Source: an uncultured Fusobacteriaceae bacterium (GTDB taxonomy: Bacteria > Fusobacteriota > Fusobacteriia > Fusobacteriales > Fusobacteriaceae). Taken from it: DNA of 64,000 bases. Below, in pieces: positions 1-9,624 of the stretch. The stretch spans positions 205,580-269,579 of the forward strand of contig CAMQWJ010000001.1 of the NCBI GenBank assembly GCA_947038515.1, given 5' to 3'. Every line of letters starts with the position of its first letter. The first letter of the stretch is position 1. The position numbers were made by a program, and so were the translations under genes. The notes under the pieces were generated by a model that was given only the letters and a program-made list of their open reading frames with translations, made no database searches and was not told the DNA's origin.

Positions 1-102
1 GAATACATACTATTACTCATAAAAGTACTAACACCTTTTTTAATTTTTTTATAAAAAAAAATTAACTTCAAGGTATTCTACTCCGAAGTTAATTTCTTAT
101 TT

Positions 103-321
103 CTATTTCTCTATTTTTGTATAAGGTATTAAAGCAACATTTCTTGCTCTTTTAATTGCTTTAGCAATCTTTCTTTGTAACTTAGCATTAGCACCTGTTA
201 CTCTAGATGGATTTATTTTACCTTTATCAGAAACAAATCTCTTTAAAAGATCAACATTCTTGTAATCAATCTCTTGTGCTTTAACTCTTAATTTTGCTCT
301 TCTTCTTCTAAATTCAGCCAT
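103..321 (-). CDS. rpsR: 30S ribosomal protein S18
   Basis: 72-aa basic protein. Arg/Lys-rich N-terminus and the '[10 protein letters not shown]...RVTG' core are typical of S18. Lies directly downstream of S6. Confidence 0.9.
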   Translation of the reverse strand: MAEFRRRRAKLRVKAQEIDYKNVDLLKRFVSDKGKINPSRVTGANAKLQRKIAKAIKRARNVALIPYTKIEK

Positions 322-375
322 TTTTATATCCTCCCTTTTTTCAACAAACGATTTTAGTTTTTTAAGATTAACTTT

Positions 376-654
376 TTACTTAACGATCATGTATCTCATT
401 ACTTCTTCTGAGATGTTAAGCTTCTCTTCAACCTCTACTAATTTAGTCCCGTCCATTTCAAAATTTGTTAGAACATAAAAACCTGTTTTCTTTTTTTCGA
501 TTGGATAAGCTAGTTTTCTTTCTCCCCACTTCTCACTTTTAAGAATTGTTGCTCCAGCTTTAGTTAATATTTCATTTACTTTTTCGCTTACAGCCTCTCT
601 TCCCTCTTCTAAGATAGTTGGATTAATGATGTACATAATTTCATATTTTTTCAT
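376..654 (-). CDS. rpsF: 30S ribosomal protein S6
   Basis: 92 aa; 'MKKYEIMYII...' is the classic S6 N-terminus. Adjacent to rpsR. Confidence 0.9.
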   Translation of the reverse strand: MKKYEIMYIINPTILEEGREAVSEKVNEILTKAGATILKSEKWGERKLAYPIEKKKTGFYVLTNFEMDGTKLVEVEEKLNISEEVMRYMIVK

Positions 655-806
655 GTTATTACCTCCTCCCTATGGTTTTGGCCCAAAGAATTAATATCTT
701 TAAGCAGGGTACTTAAGAAGTATACCAAATATTTCATTTTATTTCAAGTTTTTTTCGAAATAATTATACTTTATTTGATATACTTAAGTTTTAAATCTTT
801 TCTCTA

Positions 807-2414
807 TTATTCAGAAACTGAATATTTTTCTATCATCTCTCTTTCTTCTTCTTTGGTATTATCTATCTCTAATTTTTTTATTGATAATTTTATTTTTTTC
901 TTTTCTCTATCAATTTCAATAATTTCTGCTTTTACTCTATCTCCAACATTAAAAGAATCCTTTAAATTTTTAATAAATTCTTTAGAAGCTAATTGTGCTG
1001 GAATAAAACCATCAAGATTTTTTTCAAGATTTATAAACATTCCAAAATCCATCACAGCTTTGATATCTTTCTCAACAATATCTCCAACTTTATAATTTTC
1101 TAATGCTTTTTCAACTGGACTTTTTTCAAGTGCTTTTATACTTCCTTTTATCTTATGTTCTTCACAATTTAACTCTGTAACAATAAATTCTACAATATCT
1201 TCAGCTTTTATTTTTTCTACAGTAGTACCTGCCCAAGAAATGTCAGATTGATGAACAAAAGCATCTACTCCACTTTCTACTTCAATGAATATTCCAAAGC
1301 TCTTTACATCTAAAACTTTTCCTTTTAATTTAGTCCCCACTACAAACTTTTCTCCAGCAGTTTCCCAAGGATTAGCTTGAAGTTGCTTTATTCCTAATTT
1401 TAATTTTCTACCTGAAGGGTCAAAATCAATTATTTTAACAGTAATAACATCTTCAATTTTTACAAATTCTGACACATTAAGTTTTTTCTTATTCCAAGAA
1501 AAATCAGATGCATGTACTAATCCTTCCACACCAGGTAAAACTTCAACAAATACACCATATGGTAATATTCTTGTAACTTTTCCAGAAACTTCTTTATTTA
1601 TTTCCACTGTTTCTGAAGCAACTTCCCAAGGATTTCTACTTAATGCTTTTATTGATAACTTAAGGTTTTTCTTTTCCATATCTATTGATATTACTTTAAC
1701 TTGAATTTTTTCACCAGTTTTATAACAAGATTTTAAATCATCAATTTTTTTCCAAGAAACTTCTGAAATATGAACAAATCCTCTTAAAGATCCACACTTA
1801 ACATTAACTCCAAATTCAAGAACATCTCCTACCTCACCATCAAGAACATCTCCTATTGAAATTAACTTAAGCTCTTCAGCTCCTTTCAACATTGTAATAT
1901 CTTTTTTAGAGAATGTAACTCTCTTTCCTTTCTTATCTGCTTTAATTTCTTTTACCAAAACTTCTATTATTTTTCCAACAGAGGCTTCAGCATCTTTCAT
2001 TGATATTTCTGATAAAGAATTTGGTAAAAAACCTTGTTGTTTTTTATGTTCAAGAATATATCCACCATTAATTCTTTTTATAATTTCACATGTTAATATT
2101 TCTTTATTTTCATATGCTTCTTCTATAATTTTTAGTCCTTCTTCCATCTCAAGTCTTCTTCTTGAACCTATTATAAAATCACCATCTTCTGTTTCACCAA
2201 TAATTAAAACTTCTACCTCTTCTCCTAACTCAACACCCTCTAACTCTTCACTTCTAACTCTAATTGCTGTAGGCTGTCCTGAAGCATCTAAATAGGTAAA
2301 ATTTCTATCTTTTTGTGCTAATTTAGCAGTCACCTTTATCCTGATATTTTCCTCTGGTGGCAAATACTCATTCAGCAAAGCCTCAAATTCATTATACTCA
2401 TCACTATTAAACAT
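807..2414 (-). CDS. rpsA: 30S ribosomal protein S1-like, multiple S1 RNA-binding domains
   Basis: 535 aa with repeated S1-domain blocks (GxV...GFVH/VHxSD motifs repeated about 5-6 times). Immediately downstream of ispH, as in many Firmicutes/Fusobacteria. Confidence 0.8.
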   Translation of the reverse strand: MFNSDEYNEFEALLNEYLPPEENIRIKVTAKLAQKDRNFTYLDASGQPTAIRVRSEELEGVELGEEVEVLIIGETEDGDFIIGSRRRLEMEEGLKIIEEAYENKEILTCEIIKRINGGYILEHKKQQGFLPNSLSEISMKDAEASVGKIIEVLVKEIKADKKGKRVTFSKKDITMLKGAEELKLISIGDVLDGEVGDVLEFGVNVKCGSLRGFVHISEVSWKKIDDLKSCYKTGEKIQVKVISIDMEKKNLKLSIKALSRNPWEVASETVEINKEVSGKVTRILPYGVFVEVLPGVEGLVHASDFSWNKKKLNVSEFVKIEDVITVKIIDFDPSGRKLKLGIKQLQANPWETAGEKFVVGTKLKGKVLDVKSFGIFIEVESGVDAFVHQSDISWAGTTVEKIKAEDIVEFIVTELNCEEHKIKGSIKALEKSPVEKALENYKVGDIVEKDIKAVMDFGMFINLEKNLDGFIPAQLASKEFIKNLKDSFNVGDRVKAEIIEIDREKKKIKLSIKKLEIDNTKEEEREMIEKYSVSE

Positions 2415-3292
2415 TAAAATTCCTCCTCAATTCTATTTTCTATTTTTTTTATTATTATATCTGGTGTTGATGCTCCTGCTGTAATCCCCAATTTTTTTAC
2501 ACCATGAAACCATTCACTTACTAACTCTGTTTCATCACTTATAAATTTAGTATTAGGATTTATTTGAATAGAGATATCATACAGCTTCTGAGTGTTGGAA
2601 CTCTTTTGTCCACCGACTATCAACATTAAATCTACTTTCTCAGCTATTTCTCTCACTGCCTCTTGTCTTTCAGATGTTGCACCACACACTCTATCATATA
2701 TAATAACATTAAAATGCTCTTTTTCCAAGAATGTTTTCATTTCTTTTATTTTTTTTTTATTCAAAGTTGTTTGACACAATAAAGAATAGCTCTTTTGAGG
2801 GTCTATTTTTAATGCTTTTAATTCTTCAAAGTCTTTAGCAATAATTACTTTTTTAGCAAAAGAAATTATTCCTTTAACTTCTGGATGGTCTTTATCCCCA
2901 AGAAAAATTATTTCATTCTCCTTTTCTTCCTCTTCTATCATCTTTTCTCTAATTTTTTTTACAAATATACAAGTTCCGTCTTCTATTATAACATTTTTTC
3001 TTGCTAAATTCTCATATATTTGTTTTGTTGTTCCATGTGCACGAATTATTACTACACTTTTTTCATTTAACTCTATTTTATCTTCTAAAATATCCTCTTC
3101 ATTTAGAGTAATAAAACCTTTGTTTTCCATTTCTTTTACAATATATTCATTATGTACTAACATTCCAAGAATATATATTTTTTCATTATTTTTTATATTT
3201 TCTATATATTTATTACAACTTTCAATTGCAGCTTTAACTCCAAAGCAAAAACCCATCTTTCTAGCTTTTATTATTTTTATCTTACTCTTCAT
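2414..3292 (-). CDS. ispH: 4-hydroxy-3-methylbut-2-enyl diphosphate reductase (LytB)
   Basis: 292 aa. 'GFCFGVKAAI' N-terminal Cys-loop plus two further conserved Cys regions are typical of IspH. Stop overlaps the rpsA start. Confidence 0.85.
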   Translation of the reverse strand: MKSKIKIIKARKMGFCFGVKAAIESCNKYIENIKNNEKIYILGMLVHNEYIVKEMENKGFITLNEEDILEDKIELNEKSVVIIRAHGTTKQIYENLARKNVIIEDGTCIFVKKIREKMIEEEEKENEIIFLGDKDHPEVKGIISFAKKVIIAKDFEELKALKIDPQKSYSLLCQTTLNKKKIKEMKTFLEKEHFNVIIYDRVCGATSERQEAVREIAEKVDLMLIVGGQKSSNTQKLYDISIQINPNTKFISDETELVSEWFHGVKKLGITAGASTPDIIIKKIENRIEEEF

Positions 3293-3551
3293 TAAATTTT
3301 TTCACTTCTATTAAATCTTTTAATGCTTCTAACAACTCTTCTTCATCAGTACCATCAGCTTCTAATATCATTTTTTTCCCCTGTTCTGCTGCAAGCAACA
3401 TTAGACCCATTATACTTTTCCCGTTAACTTCTTCATCTTCACACTTAACAAGAATATCAGAATCATACTCAGCTGCTAATTGAACAAAAAGTGAAGATGG
3501 TCTTGCGTGAAGTCCAGCTTTATTTTTTATTTCTACTTCAATACTTTTCAA
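3282..3551 (-). CDS. ptsH: Phosphocarrier protein HPr
   Basis: 89 aa. 'GLHARPS' active-site His15 motif and a Ser46-region 'KSIMGLM'. Confidence 0.85.
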   Translation of the reverse strand: MKSIEVEIKNKAGLHARPSSLFVQLAAEYDSDILVKCEDEEVNGKSIMGLMLLAAEQGKKMILEADGTDEEELLEALKDLIEVKKFNEE

Positions 3552-3651
3552 TATATCACCTCATTATTTTTTATTTATTATACCATTATATTCTATTTTT
3601 TTCTAAATATTTATTTTTATTTTTTCATTTGATAAATATAGACCTATTTTT

Positions 3652-3692
3652 TATAAAAAAAGAAGTTGGAAAACAAAAATTCCCAACTCCTT
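3652..3692 (-). terminator. Rho-independent terminator downstream of the abgT-like gene
   Basis: On the minus strand, a 'GGAGTTGGGAA...TTCCAACTTC' stem-loop is followed by a U-run (plus-strand A-run at 3654-3660). Confidence 0.5.
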
Positions 3693-3712
3693 TTTTCTTT
3701 CTATAATAAAGA

Positions 3713-5272
3713 TTAATTTAATGTTGCAGCTTTATAAACCATCTCAGCTTCTGGACCTAACGGTAGCCCTATTAGACTCCATATTATCATCAATACTGTC
3801 CAACCAAGCATAAAAATCATAGAATATGGAAGCATAGTAGATATAATTGTTCCCATACCAGCGTTTTTATCATATTTTTGAGCAAATGCCACAATAACTG
3901 CAAAATATGACATTAATGGTGAAATTATATTTGTAGTTGAATCTCCTATTCTAAATGCTACCTGTGTAAATTCTGGAGAAATTCCAACTTGCATTAACAT
4001 TGGAATGAAAATAGGTGCCATAATCGCCCATTTAGCAGAAGCTGACCCCATAAACAAATTCACAAATCCAGTTAGAAAAATAAATGCTATAATTAGAGGT
4101 AGTCCTGTAAGTCCTATTTGTTGAAGAGTTGTTGCACCCTTAACAGCCATAATTGTTCCTAAGTGTGTATAACTAAAATATGCAATAAATTGTGAAGCAG
4201 CAAAAGCAAGAACTAAATATCCACCCATTGAAGACATTGCTTTCCCCATCATAACTGCAACTTGTTTATCTGATTTTACAGTTCCTGCCCCAATACCATA
4301 TGCTACTCCTGGTATAAGGAAAAACAACATAAGAGTTGGAACTAAACCAGAGCTTGTCCACACTGATAGAGTTGGTATTAGCTTTGTTGTACCTTTTGGA
4401 ATAGTAAGAGTACGAAGAATTCCACTTTGAGGAACTGTCATATACAACATAATTCCTATAAAAATTAAAAATGATATCCCTGCCCATCTTAAACCTTTTT
4501 TCTCATGTGATGCTAATTCATTAGTAGTTATCTCAGCGTCACCTTCATATTTCCCAAGTCTTGGTTCTACTATTTTTTCAGTTATAATAGTTCCTAATAA
4601 TGTTATTACAAAAGTAGAGGCTATCATAAAATACCAGTTTGAAGTAGCTCCCACAGAATAAAATGGATCTATTAATTTAGCGGCCTCTGTAGAAATCCCA
4701 GAAAGTAGAGGATCTATAGTCCCTATAAGTAAATTTGCTGAAAAACCTCCTGATACTCCTGCAAATGCAGCAGCTAGCCCTGCCAAAGGATGTCTACCAA
4801 AAGATAAAAAGATTACTGCACCTAAGGGTACAAGAACAACATATCCAGCATCTGAGGCTACATTTGACATAATTCCTGCAAAAACTACCATTGCTGTAAT
4901 CGCTCGACGTGGTGTAGCTAAAACAGCTTTTCTTATAACTGCACTCATAAGACCTGTTCCTTCACATACTCCTACCCCTAGAAGAGCCACAAGAACGGTT
5001 CCTAGTGGTGCAAATCCCGTGAAATTTTTCACCATACTATTAAAGATATACCGTACTCCTTCGGCATTCATCAATGATTTAGCAGTTATTACCACCTCTT
5101 TTCCGTCTCTAGTATAACTAACAGTTGTTCCCATATTTGCTACAATTCCTGACAAAACAATTATTATTAAAGAAAATATTAAAAAAATAGTTGCTGGATG
5201 TGGTAATTTATTCCCACCAATTTCTACAAAATTTAAAAATTTGTTAAAAAAACCTGTCTTTTTTTCTTGCAT
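3713..5272 (-). CDS. AbgT family transporter (p-aminobenzoyl-glutamate transporter-like)
   Basis: 519-aa polytopic membrane protein with AbgT-family topology and sequence character. Confidence 0.75.
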   Translation of the reverse strand: MQEKKTGFFNKFLNFVEIGGNKLPHPATIFLIFSLIIIVLSGIVANMGTTVSYTRDGKEVVITAKSLMNAEGVRYIFNSMVKNFTGFAPLGTVLVALLGVGVCEGTGLMSAVIRKAVLATPRRAITAMVVFAGIMSNVASDAGYVVLVPLGAVIFLSFGRHPLAGLAAAFAGVSGGFSANLLIGTIDPLLSGISTEAAKLIDPFYSVGATSNWYFMIASTFVITLLGTIITEKIVEPRLGKYEGDAEITTNELASHEKKGLRWAGISFLIFIGIMLYMTVPQSGILRTLTIPKGTTKLIPTLSVWTSSGLVPTLMLFFLIPGVAYGIGAGTVKSDKQVAVMMGKAMSSMGGYLVLAFAASQFIAYFSYTHLGTIMAVKGATTLQQIGLTGLPLIIAFIFLTGFVNLFMGSASAKWAIMAPIFIPMLMQVGISPEFTQVAFRIGDSTTNIISPLMSYFAVIVAFAQKYDKNAGMGTIISTMLPYSMIFMLGWTVLMIIWSLIGLPLGPEAEMVYKAATLN

Positions 5273-5464
5273 TTCTCCTCCCTATTTATATTTCTAGTAT
5301 GGTTTATCTTACCAATAGTCAGAGTATACCCCACAATCTTCAAAAAGTCAATTTTGTTTCTTTAAAAAAGCCTTAAAGATGCTATTTTTAATTATTATAA
5401 TTGCTCATTTCTAAAAATTATTATATAATATAGAGAAACTTTAATTAAGTATGAAAGGAGATAT

Positions 5465-6277
5465 ATGGACAATATACTTTTAAATAAATCAAATCAAATA
5501 ACAGAATCTATTCGCACTACATTCAGAAAAAAAATATGGAAAAAATTTATAAAGGCAATTATTGATTTTGATCTCATTAAAGATGGAGATAAAATTGCTG
5601 TTGCAGTCTCTGGAGGTAAAGATAGTCTACTTTTAGCAAAATTATTTCAAGAATTAAAAAAAGATAAAAGTAAAAATTTTGAATTAATATTTATATCTAT
5701 GAATCCCGGCTTCAAAAATGAGGATTTGGATAAATTTAAAGAAAATATTCAAACATTAGGAATTGATTGTCAAGTTTTCGATGCTAATGTTTGGGAAATT
5801 GCTTTTGAAGCTTCCCCTGAAAATCCTTGTTTTCTTTGTTCTAAAATGCGGCGTGGAATTCTTTATAATAAAATAGAAGAACTTGGTTTTACTAAACTGG
5901 CTCTTGGACACCATCTTGATGATTTAATAGAAACTTCACTTATTAATATTTTTTATGCTGGAACGATTAAAACAATGATACCAAAAGTTCTTTCCACAAG
6001 TAAGTCTTTAGAAATTATTCGGCCTCTCTCTTATATTTATGAAAAAGATATAATTTCTTTTATGACCTCAAATGACCTTGAAGGAATGTCGTGCGGTTGC
6101 CCTGTGGAGTCTAAAGAACTCGATTCTAAAAGAAAAGAAATTAAAACTTTACTTACAACTTTAGAAAAAACTAATCCACATATTAAACAAAGTATTTTAA
6201 GCTCTTTAAAAAATGTAAATTTAGATTATATTTTAGGGTATACCCGTGGAAATAAAAAAGATATTTCAAAGAATTAA
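5465..6277 (+). CDS. ttcA: tRNA 2-thiocytidine biosynthesis protein TtcA-like PP-loop ATPase
   Basis: 'SGGKDS' PP-loop, 'CFLCSKMRRG' CxxC and a downstream 'CGCP' Cys, the TtcA Fe-S ligands. Confidence 0.75.
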   Translation: MDNILLNKSNQITESIRTTFRKKIWKKFIKAIIDFDLIKDGDKIAVAVSGGKDSLLLAKLFQELKKDKSKNFELIFISMNPGFKNEDLDKFKENIQTLGIDCQVFDANVWEIAFEASPENPCFLCSKMRRGILYNKIEELGFTKLALGHHLDDLIETSLINIFYAGTIKTMIPKVLSTSKSLEIIRPLSYIYEKDIISFMTSNDLEGMSCGCPVESKELDSKRKEIKTLLTTLEKTNPHIKQSILSSLKNVNLDYILGYTRGNKKDISKN

Positions 6278-6292
6278 AAAAGGAGCCACTAA

Positions 6293-7246
6293 ATGATTAC
6301 AATCAAAAATATTTCTGATTTAAATAATATCACCTTTGAAAATTATCACTTAACAGTCTTAGATAATCTAATTACAGCTACTAACCATAGAGAGGACAGT
6401 ACTACTACTATTCTAATTAATGAAAAAAACAGGTTAAAAACAATTAGAACTCTTGAAAAATTACTTTCTACTAAAATTGAGCTTACCACTTTTAAAGAAA
6501 AAGAGATTCTCTCTTTTATTGAAAATGAGGGGTTTTCTAAAACTATTTTTACTCCTGTTGGAAATGCTGCTTCAGAATTTAATATGATTGTAGAGGGGGA
6601 TAGAATAGCCATTGGTTTTTCAGGTGGAAAAGATAGCTTTACACTTTTAAATACCCTTGTAAGAATAAAAAAAATAAGTAATGTTAATTTTGAAATTTTT
6701 CCTATCCTTATACATCCAGAATATGATTTGGCTAATACAAAAGAAATTTCAGCTTACTGTGAGAAACTTGGGCTCCAGTTACAAATCGAACAAACAACAT
6801 TATCTAATTTTCTTTTTGATAAAGATAAGAACAGTAATATTAAAAACCCTTGCTTTTTATGTGGAAGAATTCGACGTGGAATCCTTTACTCCATTATGAA
6901 AAAACAAAATTTGAATAAACTTGCTCTTGGACATCACAAAGATGATATTATAGAAACTTTTCTTATGAACTCTTTCTTCCAAGGAAATCTACATATGATG
7001 AAACCAAATTACTCTTCTAAAGAGCATAATGTAACAATAATTAGACCATTGGCTCTTATTGAAGAATCCAATATAATTAGATATGTAAAGAAACTAAACT
7101 TACCTCTTTTAAAATCACTCTGTCCATACGAGACTAGTGAAGATTCAAAGCGTCTTAAAGTTAAAAATTTAATAAAAAATTTATCCCAAGAAAATAATGA
7201 TATTCGTAGTGTAATTTTCAACTCAATTTTTCCTTTATTAAAATAA
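6293..7246 (+). CDS. Second TtcA-family PP-loop ATPase paralog with ~100-aa N-terminal extension
   Basis: 'FSGGKDS' PP-loop, 'CFLCGRIRRG' CxxC and a 'SLCPYE' third Cys. Only 15 bp downstream of the first copy. Confidence 0.7.
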   Translation: MITIKNISDLNNITFENYHLTVLDNLITATNHREDSTTTILINEKNRLKTIRTLEKLLSTKIELTTFKEKEILSFIENEGFSKTIFTPVGNAASEFNMIVEGDRIAIGFSGGKDSFTLLNTLVRIKKISNVNFEIFPILIHPEYDLANTKEISAYCEKLGLQLQIEQTTLSNFLFDKDKNSNIKNPCFLCGRIRRGILYSIMKKQNLNKLALGHHKDDIIETFLMNSFFQGNLHMMKPNYSSKEHNVTIIRPLALIEESNIIRYVKKLNLPLLKSLCPYETSEDSKRLKVKNLIKNLSQENNDIRSVIFNSIFPLLK

Positions 7247-7268
7247 AAAAAAGGGTTATCCCTTTTTT

Positions 7269-7685
7269 TTATTTTAATTTATTTTTATTTAATCTTTCGA
7301 TAGCTACTTTTCTAGCTTCTAAATATTGTTCTTTAGTTATATATTTAAGCATCTCAACTTGACTTCTAATTTTTATTTTATATAATCCTGCTTCAAAAGC
7401 TCCCATTTTATCAAAAATACTTTCTAGCTTCTCTAAGTTTTGTTCTGCTCCTTCCAACAGTAATTTATTGACTTCCAATTCTAGTTGCTTTTGACTTAAA
7501 GTTATTTTTTTATATTCAATACCTGTTTCATCCATAAGTTTTTTGGCTTTAGTCAATTTTTCTTGAGAAACACCACTTTTTTTAAAATCTTCATCTAAAA
7601 TTACCCCAAAATTATGATTTTCTACTGCAAATGTAAGAATAGAAAAACTTATTATAACTACTATATATATTATTTTTTTCATCAT
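7269..7685 (-). CDS. Secreted Spy/CpxP-like (LTxxQ motif) periplasmic stress protein
   Basis: Signal peptide. Helical protein with 'LTKAK' and 'ITKEQ' LTxxQ-like motifs. Downstream of the ECF sigma/anti-sigma pair. Confidence 0.5.
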   Translation of the reverse strand: MMKKIIYIVVIISFSILTFAVENHNFGVILDEDFKKSGVSQEKLTKAKKLMDETGIEYKKITLSQKQLELEVNKLLLEGAEQNLEKLESIFDKMGAFEAGLYKIKIRSQVEMLKYITKEQYLEARKVAIERLNKNKLK

Positions 7686-7730
7686 TACTCCTAAAATTCT
7701 TTAATTTTATATTTTATAATTACTTTTTTA

Positions 7731-8039
7731 TTAACTTTTAAGATCTAAATCAAATAAATTTTTAGTTTCTATTTTCACCTCTTGTTTTCTTTTATTAAAT
7801 TTTTCATTAGCAAAAAATTCATCAATTAAAATTTTATCGTTTACAGCAACATTATTTGTTAAATTAAAGACCATTCTTTTTTCATTCGTATCTAAATATA
7901 AATTTTGATATCCTACCAACCCAATTATTCCCACAAAAACTAGTGAAAGCGAAACTTTTGAATACCTACTATTTTTCTTTTTTTCTGTTTCCAGCAATTC
8001 CTTATAAATATTGGCTCGTACTCTTTCTTTTGCTGACAT
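7731..8039 (-). CDS. Putative membrane-anchored anti-sigma factor
   Basis: 102 aa with a single TM segment ('VSLSLVFVGIIGLVGY') after a charged N-terminus. Immediately downstream of the ECF sigma (3-bp gap). Confidence 0.45.
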   Translation of the reverse strand: MSAKERVRANIYKELLETEKKKNSRYSKVSLSLVFVGIIGLVGYQNLYLDTNEKRMVFNLTNNVAVNDKILIDEFFANEKFNKRKQEVKIETKNLFDLDLKS

Positions 8040-8041
8040 CT

Positions 8042-8500
8042 TTATACCTCCATATCTCGTAATGCTTTATAGTAAATTGATTTTATTGTGGACAAATTAA
8101 CACCTTTCATTTTACTAATTTCCCTTAATTTATAACCATAAATATCTTTTAGTATTACAATTTCTTTCTCTGAAGGTTTTATTTTCTCTAACCTTTCTTT
8201 TAATATAATATTATTATTTAAATCCACACCGTCGTCAATTTCTAAAATTTCTTCATTGAGCTCTAAATCTAATTTCTTTTTCCGATAAAAATCATAAATT
8301 TTATTAATAGCTATTCTATAAATCCAAGTATATAAACTACTGTCACCTCTAAAGTTTTTCAAGTATTTATAGACATTTATAAATACTTCTTGGGCTATAT
8401 CTTCCGCATCTTCAGGATTCTTAACTGTCCCTAAAATCTTATAATAAATTTTATCAAAGTTTTCTTCAAAAACAACTTCAAAATCCATATTCCATATCAC
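8042..8500 (-). CDS. ECF-type RNA polymerase sigma factor (sigma-70 family)
   Basis: Region 2 'IAQEVFINVYKYL...YTWIYRIAINK' and a region 4 HTH near the C-terminus. Confidence 0.8.
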   Translation of the reverse strand: MIWNMDFEVVFEENFDKIYYKILGTVKNPEDAEDIAQEVFINVYKYLKNFRGDSSLYTWIYRIAINKIYDFYRKKKLDLELNEEILEIDDGVDLNNNIILKERLEKIKPSEKEIVILKDIYGYKLREISKMKGVNLSTIKSIYYKALRDMEV

Positions 8501-8560
8501 AACCTTCCTAATCTCTTAATATAACTTAGACTTTGCCACTGATAAAAAAGTTTATTTTTA

Positions 8561-9607
8561 TTAATAATCTTCTTCTATCATTTTTTTTAGTTCCGCTAAT
8601 ATCTCGCTTTCAACAACTCTTTTTACAACTATTCCTTTTTTAAATAAAACTCCTATTCCTTTACCACCAGCAACACCATAATCTGCTTCTTTTCCTTCTC
8701 CAGGTCCATTAACTATGCAACCCATTACAGCTATTTTTATGTTATATGACTTATTTTTAAATTCTCTTTCAATTTTTTTAGCTAAACCAATTAAATCTAT
8801 TTCTGTTCTACCACAGGTTGGACAAGAAATTATTTCTGTGCCTTCCTTAAGTCCTAAAATTTGTAATATTTCCTGTGCAACTTCAATTTCTTCCACTGGA
8901 TTTTCTGTTAATGACACTCTGATAGTATCGCCTATTCCATCCAAAAGAAGAGATCCTATTCCTATACTTGATTTTATTGTTCCAGAAAACTTTGTCCCTG
9001 CTTCTGTCACTCCTAAATGTAGAGGATATTTTATTGTTTTAGCCAATTCTCTATATGTTTCTACCATTATTTTAACATTGCTTGATTTTACCGAGACTAC
9101 TATATCATAAAAATCCAATTTTTCTAATAATTTTATATGATATAATGCACTTTCAACCATTGCTGCACTGCTTGGAGAACCGAATTTTTCTAAAATATGT
9201 TTTTCAACTGAACCTGAGTTTACACCTATTCTAATGGGAATTTTTTTTGCTTTTGCTGCTTCAACTACTTTCCTTATATTTTCTTCATTTCCTATATTTC
9301 CAGGATTAATTCTTAACTTATCAATCCCATTTTCTATTGCTACAAGTGCTAATCTATAATCAAAATGAACATCTGCAACTAATGGTATTTTTATATTTTT
9401 TCTTATTTCTTTTATAGCATGGGCAGCTTCCATATCATTAACTGTTACTCGAACTAATTCACACCCTTTCTCCTCTAATTCTTTTATTTGAGAAATAGTC
9501 TTTTGAATATCTGAGGTTTTTGTATTAGTCATGGACTGAATTATTACTGGGTTCCCACCACCTATTTTAATATTTTTCACTTTTATAACTTTAGTAAGTC
9601 TTTTCAT
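8561..9607 (-). CDS. ispG: 4-hydroxy-3-methylbut-2-en-1-yl diphosphate synthase (GcpE)
   Basis: 348 aa; 'IGGGNPVIIQSMTNT' N-terminus and C-terminal Cys cluster 'CPTCGR...GC'. Confidence 0.9.
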   Translation of the reverse strand: MKRLTKVIKVKNIKIGGGNPVIIQSMTNTKTSDIQKTISQIKELEEKGCELVRVTVNDMEAAHAIKEIRKNIKIPLVADVHFDYRLALVAIENGIDKLRINPGNIGNEENIRKVVEAAKAKKIPIRIGVNSGSVEKHILEKFGSPSSAAMVESALYHIKLLEKLDFYDIVVSVKSSNVKIMVETYRELAKTIKYPLHLGVTEAGTKFSGTIKSSIGIGSLLLDGIGDTIRVSLTENPVEEIEVAQEILQILGLKEGTEIISCPTCGRTEIDLIGLAKKIEREFKNKSYNIKIAVMGCIVNGPGEGKEADYGVAGGKGIGVLFKKGIVVKRVVESEILAELKKMIEEDY

Positions 9608-9624
9608 TTTATCTCCAGCAAAAA

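Noticed and set aside
775-1095. Plus-strand 106-aa ORF overlapping rpsA antisense; similar antisense ORFs at 2592-2774, 3120-3314, 4266-4487, 8715-9110, 10055-10267, 28239-28511, 28986-29297, 29616-30140, 36445-36936, 47531-47914, 55978-56445, 57366-58184, 58714-58986
   Set aside because: They lie entirely within well-supported genes on the opposite strand. Their composition is low-complexity (F/I/L/S-rich), as expected from antisense translation of AT-rich coding DNA. None has an RBS or any motif.
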